Shown here one piece after another: positions 27,614 through 32,000 of a stretch of 32,000 nt of DNA. The notes under the pieces are model-generated. The model was not told the DNA's origin. It saw only the letters and a list, made by a program, of their open reading frames with translations, and searched no databases. How positions within the stretch are numbered: position 1 is the stretch's first letter; every line of letters starts with the position of its first letter. The position numbers and the translations under genes were made by a program. Source of the stretch: Candidatus Nitrospira inopinata (GTDB lineage Bacteria > Nitrospirota > Nitrospiria > Nitrospirales > Nitrospiraceae); assembly GCF_001458695.1 (NCBI RefSeq), contig NZ_LN885086.1, forward strand, positions 1,650,001 to 1,682,000, written 5' to 3'.

Positions 27614-27970
27614 ATGAAAGAAGCACACGCCATACTTCGATTTGTAAGAGTGGCTCCGCGCAAGGCGAAACCCGTCATCGACATGATTCGGGGGCAGCAG
27701 GTCCCCATGGCGCTGGCCATGTTGAAACATACACCTCGTCATGCGGCGCGAGTGGTGGAGAAGGTTCTTCGCTCCGCAGTGGCCAATGCGGAACAAAAAG
27801 AAATGGGCGACAGTGATTCGATGGTTGTCTCCAAGGCGTTCGTGAACTGCGGTCCTATCTATAGGCGAGCGAGGGCGAGATCGATGGGAAGGGCGAATGC
27901 CATTCATAAGCGGACCAGTCATATTACCGTCGTGGTGACCGCTCCGACGGTTCACGGCAAGCGGGCCTAG
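27614..27970 (+). CDS. rplV: 50S ribosomal protein L22
   Basis: 118 aa. VRVAPRKAKPVIDMIRGQQV...A...LKHTP and a C-terminal SHITVVV. Confidence 0.95.
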   Translation: MKEAHAILRFVRVAPRKAKPVIDMIRGQQVPMALAMLKHTPRHAARVVEKVLRSAVANAEQKEMGDSDSMVVSKAFVNCGPIYRRARARSMGRANAIHKRTSHITVVVTAPTVHGKRA

Positions 27971-28009
27971 TATGTTGACCGAGAATTGCTAATTGAGGCG
28001 GACGTCATT

Positions 28010-28681
28010 ATGGGTCAGAAGACAAATCCGATAGGGTATCGCCTGGGTTATAACTACACGTGGAGTTCTCGTTGGTACGCCGACAAGGATTACGCGAAGT
28101 TTTTGCATCAAGACATCAAGATCAGACAGATGGTCAAGGCTCGGCTCTATCACGCCGGTGTGGCGAAGGTCGAGATCGAGCGATCGGGGGATCAGACGAG
28201 AGTCATTATTCATACGGCGCGACCGGGGATTATCATAGGAAGAAAAGGCGCGGAGGTCGATAAGCTCAAGGCTGATCTGGAAAAGCGATACGGCGGTCAG
28301 GTGTATATCACGGTCAAAGAGATCAAGAAGCCGGAACTTGACGCCCAACTCGTCAGCGAGAATGTGGCGACGCAACTGGAAAAGCGGGTCGCGTTTCGAC
28401 GAGCGATGAAGCGAAGCGTCCAATCGGCCCTGAGGCTGGGCGCGCAGGGTATCAAGATCATGGTGGCGGGTCGTTTGGGCGGCGCGGAGATTGCCCGAAC
28501 CGAATGGTATCGAGAGGGGCGTGTGCCGCTCCATACGCTCCGCGCCGAAATAGATTACGGATTCGCGGAGGCTCGAACCACGATGGGGCAAATAGGGGTC
28601 AAGACGTGGATTTATAAGGGAGAGATGCTTCCCGTTCAGGCCATGAAGTCGGAATCGGCTCTAGAACGAAGATTGGGGTAA
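28010..28681 (+). CDS. rpsC: 30S ribosomal protein S3 (223 aa from ATG 28010)
   Basis: [24 protein letters not shown] is the canonical S3 N-terminus. The track start TTG 27986 adds 8 non-conserved residues. Confidence 0.95.
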   Translation: MGQKTNPIGYRLGYNYTWSSRWYADKDYAKFLHQDIKIRQMVKARLYHAGVAKVEIERSGDQTRVIIHTARPGIIIGRKGAEVDKLKADLEKRYGGQVYITVKEIKKPELDAQLVSENVATQLEKRVAFRRAMKRSVQSALRLGAQGIKIMVAGRLGGAEIARTEWYREGRVPLHTLRAEIDYGFAEARTTMGQIGVKTWIYKGEMLPVQAMKSESALERRLG

Positions 28682-28694
28682 GGAGAGACGGATC

Positions 28695-29114
28695 GTGCTG
28701 GCGCCCAAAAAAGTCAAGTTCCGAAAAATGCAAAAAGGCCGTATGACGGGAAAAGCCTATCGCGGCGGCCAAATTACGCTGGGGGAATTCGGGCTCAAGG
28801 CCTTGGAACCCGGGTGGGTGACGAGTCGTCAAATTGAAGCGGCGAGAATTGCGATCACCCGCTACGTGAAACGGGGAGGGCAGGTGTGGACTCGTATTTT
28901 CCCCGATAAACCGATCACCAAGAAGCCGGCGGAAACTCGTATGGGTAAGGGCAAGGGGAATCCGGAATATTGGGTGGCGGTCGTGAAGCCAGGCCGGATC
29001 CTTTACGAAATGGACGGAGTTACCCAGGACGTCGCCAGGGAAGCGTTTCGCCTGGCCTCGCACAAGCTCCCTGTCGCGACCAAGCTGGTGGTTCGAGGAG
29101 AGATTGTGTCCTGA
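28695..29114 (+). CDS. rplP: 50S ribosomal protein L16
   Basis: GTG start. [18 protein letters not shown]...[25 protein letters not shown]. Confidence 0.97.
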   Translation: MLAPKKVKFRKMQKGRMTGKAYRGGQITLGEFGLKALEPGWVTSRQIEAARIAITRYVKRGGQVWTRIFPDKPITKKPAETRMGKGKGNPEYWVAVVKPGRILYEMDGVTQDVAREAFRLASHKLPVATKLVVRGEIVS

Positions 29115-29141
29115 AGCGGGAAGGCTTCCAAGGGGTGGAAC

Positions 29142-29360
29142 ATGGCGCAGGAGCTAAAAGAGCTTCGTCAACTGAATGAGGTCGAACTTGCCCAGAAAGA
29201 AAAGCAATTGAGGCAAGAATTGTTCAATCTGCGTTTTCAGTTCGGGACCGGACGTCTTGAAAATCCGATGCAGATTCGAAAGACAAAGCGGACTATCGCC
29301 AGGGTCAAAACCATCATGAGAGAGATGAGCGGAAGAGCCGAGAAGGGTGAAAGACCGTAA
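29142..29360 (+). CDS. rpmC: 50S ribosomal protein L29
   Basis: 72 aa. [27 protein letters not shown]. Canonical position between rplP and rpsQ. Confidence 0.93.
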   Translation: MAQELKELRQLNEVELAQKEKQLRQELFNLRFQFGTGRLENPMQIRKTKRTIARVKTIMREMSGRAEKGERP

Positions 29361-29362
29361 CC

Positions 29363-29629
29363 ATGGGTACGAATGTCGTCAAGAAACGCGAATGGGTCGG
29401 GCGAGTGCTGAGCAATAAAATGGACAAGACCGTGGTGGTGGCGGTTGAGCGTTCGGTGTTGCATCCGGTCTACCGAAAAGTCTGGCGGCGAGTGACGAAA
29501 CTCAAGGCGCACGATGAGCAGAACGTCTGTCAGATCGGAGATCGAGTCCGTTTGCGAGAGAGTCGCCCTATCAGCAAGGAAAAACATTGGCGCGTCGTCG
29601 AAATTCTTGGAAAAGAAGAGCGGAGCTGA
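29363..29629 (+). CDS. rpsQ: 30S ribosomal protein S17
   Basis: 88 aa. [28 protein letters not shown]...[28 protein letters not shown]. Confidence 0.95.
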   Translation: MGTNVVKKREWVGRVLSNKMDKTVVVAVERSVLHPVYRKVWRRVTKLKAHDEQNVCQIGDRVRLRESRPISKEKHWRVVEILGKEERS

Positions 29630-29656
29630 ACAAATCGCAAGAAAAGATCGGACGTT

Positions 29657-30025
29657 ATGATTCAGAATTATACTTACATGGATGTGGCGGATAATTCGGG
29701 GGCGAAGCAGGCGATGTGTTTTCACGTCTTCGGGGGCACGAAACGGCGCTATGCATCGCTGGGTGACGTGGTTGTCGTCGCCGTTAAGGAAGCGATTCCC
29801 CAGGCAAGTGTGAAGAAGGGCGACGTCAGTCGCGCGGTGATCGTTAGAACGACGAAGGAAGTGCGTCGCGAGGACGGCTCCTACATTAAGTTTGATCGGA
29901 ACGCCTGCGTTTTGATCAATAAAGAGGGCGAGCCGATCGGAACCCGCATCTTTGGTCCGGTTGCGCGGGAATTGCGTTGGAAAAAGTTCATGAAAATTAT
30001 TTCTCTGGCGCCCGAGGTATTGTAG
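29657..30025 (+). CDS. rplN: 50S ribosomal protein L14
   Basis: [17 protein letters not shown]...GDVVVVAVK. 122 aa. Confidence 0.97.
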   Translation: MIQNYTYMDVADNSGAKQAMCFHVFGGTKRRYASLGDVVVVAVKEAIPQASVKKGDVSRAVIVRTTKEVRREDGSYIKFDRNACVLINKEGEPIGTRIFGPVARELRWKKFMKIISLAPEVL

Positions 30026-30044
30026 GGGCCGATGCGCGAAGCGC

Positions 30045-30395
30045 TTGACGATGAGTGAGGAAATGGTGCAAGCCCTGCGAAAAAGTAGAATCAAAAAAGG
30101 CGATACCGTCGTTGTGATTGCCGGTCGGGAACGAGGAAAAACCGGAAAGGTGCTGTCGGTGGATCTCAAGGTCGGCCAAGTCACCGTTGAAAAGCTGAAC
30201 ATCATCAAGCGCCACACGAAGCCGAATCAAAAGCTGAAGCAGGGGGGCATTCTCGAGCGAGAAGCCCCGTTGAATCTCTCCAAGGTCATGCTGTTTTGTC
30301 CCGTGACTCAGAAGCCGACCAGAGTCGGCATCCGACGCTTGGAGGACGGCCGACGAGTCCGCTTCAGCAAAAAGTCGAACGAAACGATCGAGTGA
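30045..30395 (+). CDS. rplX: 50S ribosomal protein L24
   Basis: KOW motif [21 protein letters not shown]. The start is uncertain: TTG 30045, ATG 30051 or ATG 30063, none with a well-spaced SD. Confidence 0.9.
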   Translation: MTMSEEMVQALRKSRIKKGDTVVVIAGRERGKTGKVLSVDLKVGQVTVEKLNIIKRHTKPNQKLKQGGILEREAPLNLSKVMLFCPVTQKPTRVGIRRLEDGRRVRFSKKSNETIE

Positions 30396-30409
30396 GCGGA
30401 GTATCCGAA

Positions 30410-31060
30410 ATGGCAAAGGTGCAAAAAATCGCGACAGGGAAGAAGGCCGAGAAAAAGTCCTCTTCCAAAGAAAGTCCGTCGCCGGCACAGTTTGATCAGG
30501 GCGGTGATGAATCGAAGTTCAGGCCACGCCTTCTCGACGTCTATCAGGAAAAAGTCGTACCGGCCTTGATGAAGGAGTTCAACTACAAGAACATCATGCA
30601 GGTGCCCCGACTTGAACGTGTGGTCTTGAACGTCGGGATGGGAGAGGCGCTTCAGAACGTCAAGCTTCTGGAAAGTGCCGTTGCGGAGCTGGGAGCCATT
30701 ACGGGTCAGAAACCGGTCGTGACTCGGGCGAAGAAAGCCATAGCCGGCTTCAAATTGCGGCAAGGATTACCGATCGGCGCCAAGGTGACGCTCCGGAGTC
30801 GGCGCATGTATGAATTTTTCGACAGACTGGTGACCTTGGCGTTGCCCAGAATTCGGGATTTCCGCGGCGTCTCCTCGAAATCCTTCGATGGTCGGGGGAA
30901 TTACACGTTTGGTTTGAAGGAACAGCTCATTTTCCCGGAAATTAAATACGACGACGTTGCCTCGATTCATGGGATGGACATTACGATCGTGACGACGGCC
31001 AAAACCAATGACGAGGGCAAGGCGCTGCTGAAACATCTTGGCATGCCATTTCGTGCCTGA
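30410..31060 (+). CDS. rplE: 50S ribosomal protein L5 with an N-terminal Lys/Ser-rich extension of about 37 aa (216 aa)
   Basis: The L5 core starts at [46 protein letters not shown] 30410 has SD GGAG at 30398-30401. The only other in-frame canonical start before the conserved core is GTG 30419 (codon 4). The track start 30296 overlaps rplX and is unlikely. Confidence 0.9.
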   Translation: MAKVQKIATGKKAEKKSSSKESPSPAQFDQGGDESKFRPRLLDVYQEKVVPALMKEFNYKNIMQVPRLERVVLNVGMGEALQNVKLLESAVAELGAITGQKPVVTRAKKAIAGFKLRQGLPIGAKVTLRSRRMYEFFDRLVTLALPRIRDFRGVSSKSFDGRGNYTFGLKEQLIFPEIKYDDVASIHGMDITIVTTAKTNDEGKALLKHLGMPFRA

Positions 31061-31097
31061 TGACGCCGTCTGTCTTGCCAGTTGAAAGGAGCCATGT

Positions 31098-31283
31098 GTG
31101 GCGCGACTAGCACTGCGAAATAAAGCGGCCGCCAAGCCGAAGTTCCCCTGCCGCCAATATCATCGCTGCGGCGTGTGCGGACGGGTGAGGGGATATTTGC
31201 GACGATTTCAGATGTGTCGAATCTGTTTTCGATTTTTGAGTCTTCGCGGAGAGATTCCCGGAGTTCGGAAGTCAAGTTGGTAA
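31098..31283 (+). CDS. rpsN: 30S ribosomal protein S14, short zinc-binding type (S14 type Z, 61 aa)
   Basis: GTG start 6 nt after SD AAGGAG (31086-31091). CGVCGR...CRICFR zinc ribbon and C-terminal GVRKSSW. Confidence 0.93.
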   Translation: MARLALRNKAAAKPKFPCRQYHRCGVCGRVRGYLRRFQMCRICFRFLSLRGEIPGVRKSSW

Positions 31284-31339
31284 GCGGCCGATTAAAAGAG
31301 GCGTATTTCTGTATTTTTGTGAAGGTTGAAGGGTAACCA

Positions 31340-31735
31340 ATGCTGACGGATCCTATTAGCGATCTTCTCGTTCGATTGCGAAACGGCGCGCAACGAGGCC
31401 ATGAAACGGTTGTGATTCCCGCCTCTAAGTTGAAGCGAGCGATCTTAGAGATCTTGAAGCGGGAGGGATACATCGATGCGGTCGAGGTGAGCGCAAAAGA
31501 CGGTCATCCGGTTTTTCACGTCAAGCTGCGGTATATCGGGGAAGGCCGTCCTATGATTACGGGCCTTGAACGGATCAGCAAACCGGGCCGTCGCGTCTAT
31601 GTGGGAGGCAAAGATATCCCAAGAGTCAAAAATGGGCTCGGGCTCTCAATTCTTTCGACGTCAAAGGGCGTCATGACCGATCAAGAATCAAGAAAGAACG
31701 GAGTGGGTGGAGAAGTTTTGTGCGCGGTGTGGTGA
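31340..31735 (+). CDS. rpsH: 30S ribosomal protein S8
   Basis: MLTDPISDLLVRLRNG...LSILSTSKGVMTDQESRKNGVGGEVLCAVW. 131 aa. Confidence 0.96.
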   Translation: MLTDPISDLLVRLRNGAQRGHETVVIPASKLKRAILEILKREGYIDAVEVSAKDGHPVFHVKLRYIGEGRPMITGLERISKPGRRVYVGGKDIPRVKNGLGLSILSTSKGVMTDQESRKNGVGGEVLCAVW

Positions 31736-31782
31736 GCAGGGCGGATTAACGAGTTATTAGTTATTAAAGGGGCACTGGCATC

Positions 31783-32000
31783 ATGTCACGAGTAGGGAGG
31801 AAGCCGATCGCGATTCCCAGCGGAGTGGAGGTCAAGGTGGCCGGGTCCAACGTTTCCGTAAAGGGTCCCCTGGGCAAATTGGATTGGTCCCTCGCTCCCG
31901 GAGTCGCAGTGACTGTGGATGATGGCAAGGTTCAGGTAAGCAGGGCCGGCGAGGATAGAAAATTGCGGGCTTTGCACGGCCTGGTCCGAGCCGAACTGAA
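31783..32000 (+). CDS. rplF: 50S ribosomal protein L6, N-terminal 72 codons; continues beyond the window
   Basis: Not in the ORF track because it has no stop inside the window. Hand translation from ATG 31783: MSRVGRKPIAIPSGVEVKVAGSNVSVKGPLGKLDWSLAPGVAVTVDDGKVQVSRAGEDRKLRALHGLVRAEL, the typical L6 N-terminus in the canonical position after rpsH. Confidence 0.9.
   Translation, partial: MSRVGRKPIAIPSGVEVKVAGSNVSVKGPLGKLDWSLAPGVAVTVDDGKVQVSRAGEDRKLRALHGLVRAEL

Noticed and set aside
11718-30409. N-terminally extended ORF-track starts (rpoB TTG 11718, rpoC GTG 15707, fusA 21035, rpsC TTG 27986, rplE 30296)
   Set aside because: In each case a downstream start restores the conserved family N-terminus and has a properly spaced Shine-Dalgarno. 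The extensions are non-conserved, and two of them overlap upstream genes.
1-32000. Scan for CRISPR arrays, IS elements, integrases, prophage genes, toxin-antitoxin pairs and riboswitch-like leaders
   Set aside because: I saw no regularly spaced repeats and no ORFs with transposase, integrase or phage signatures. Apart from tuf, the only repeats are the short ones reported. The intergenic gaps between ribosomal genes are short and typical.

Overview
This is a moderately GC-rich bacterial chromosome segment made up almost entirely of core housekeeping genes. I found no CRISPR array, transposase or integrase, toxin-antitoxin pair or recognisable defence island, and I do not think the window hides a new multi-gene system.

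Gene content:
- Left edge, minus strand: the N-terminal ~559 codons of an alpha-glucan phosphorylase gene. It runs off the window edge, so it is absent from the ORF track. A 282-aa orphan protein lies next to it.
- From 2981 onward everything is on the + strand. First come a UvrD/PcrA-type SF1 helicase and an abutting HExxH protein with a signal-peptide-like N-terminus.
- Then comes the classical translation/transcription gene block: promoter, tRNA-Tyr, tRNA-Gly, tRNA-Thr, tuf, rpmG, tRNA-Trp, secE, nusG, rplK, rplA, rplJ, rplL, rpoB, rpoC, promoter, rpsL, rpsG, fusA, tuf, rpsJ, rplC, rplD, rplW, rplB, rpsS, rplV, rpsC, rplP, rpmC, rpsQ, rplN, rplX, rplE, rpsN (Zn type), rpsH, rplF (partial).

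Observations worth a second look:
1. rplJ has no stop codon and reads in frame into rplL, giving one 311-aa L10-L7/L12 ORF.
2. Both EF-Tu copies carry a non-canonical switch I/G2 segment: a 5-residue insertion, with KIMTI in place of RGITI.
3. The two tuf copies appear nucleotide-identical over ~1.2 kb despite unrelated flanks.
4. The helicase gene sits directly against the secreted HExxH protein gene.
5. The 113-nt rpsG-fusA spacer carries nested stems.
6. L5 has a lysine/serine-rich N-terminal extension of about 37 aa.

All calls come from reading the sequence and from motif memory. No database search was run.
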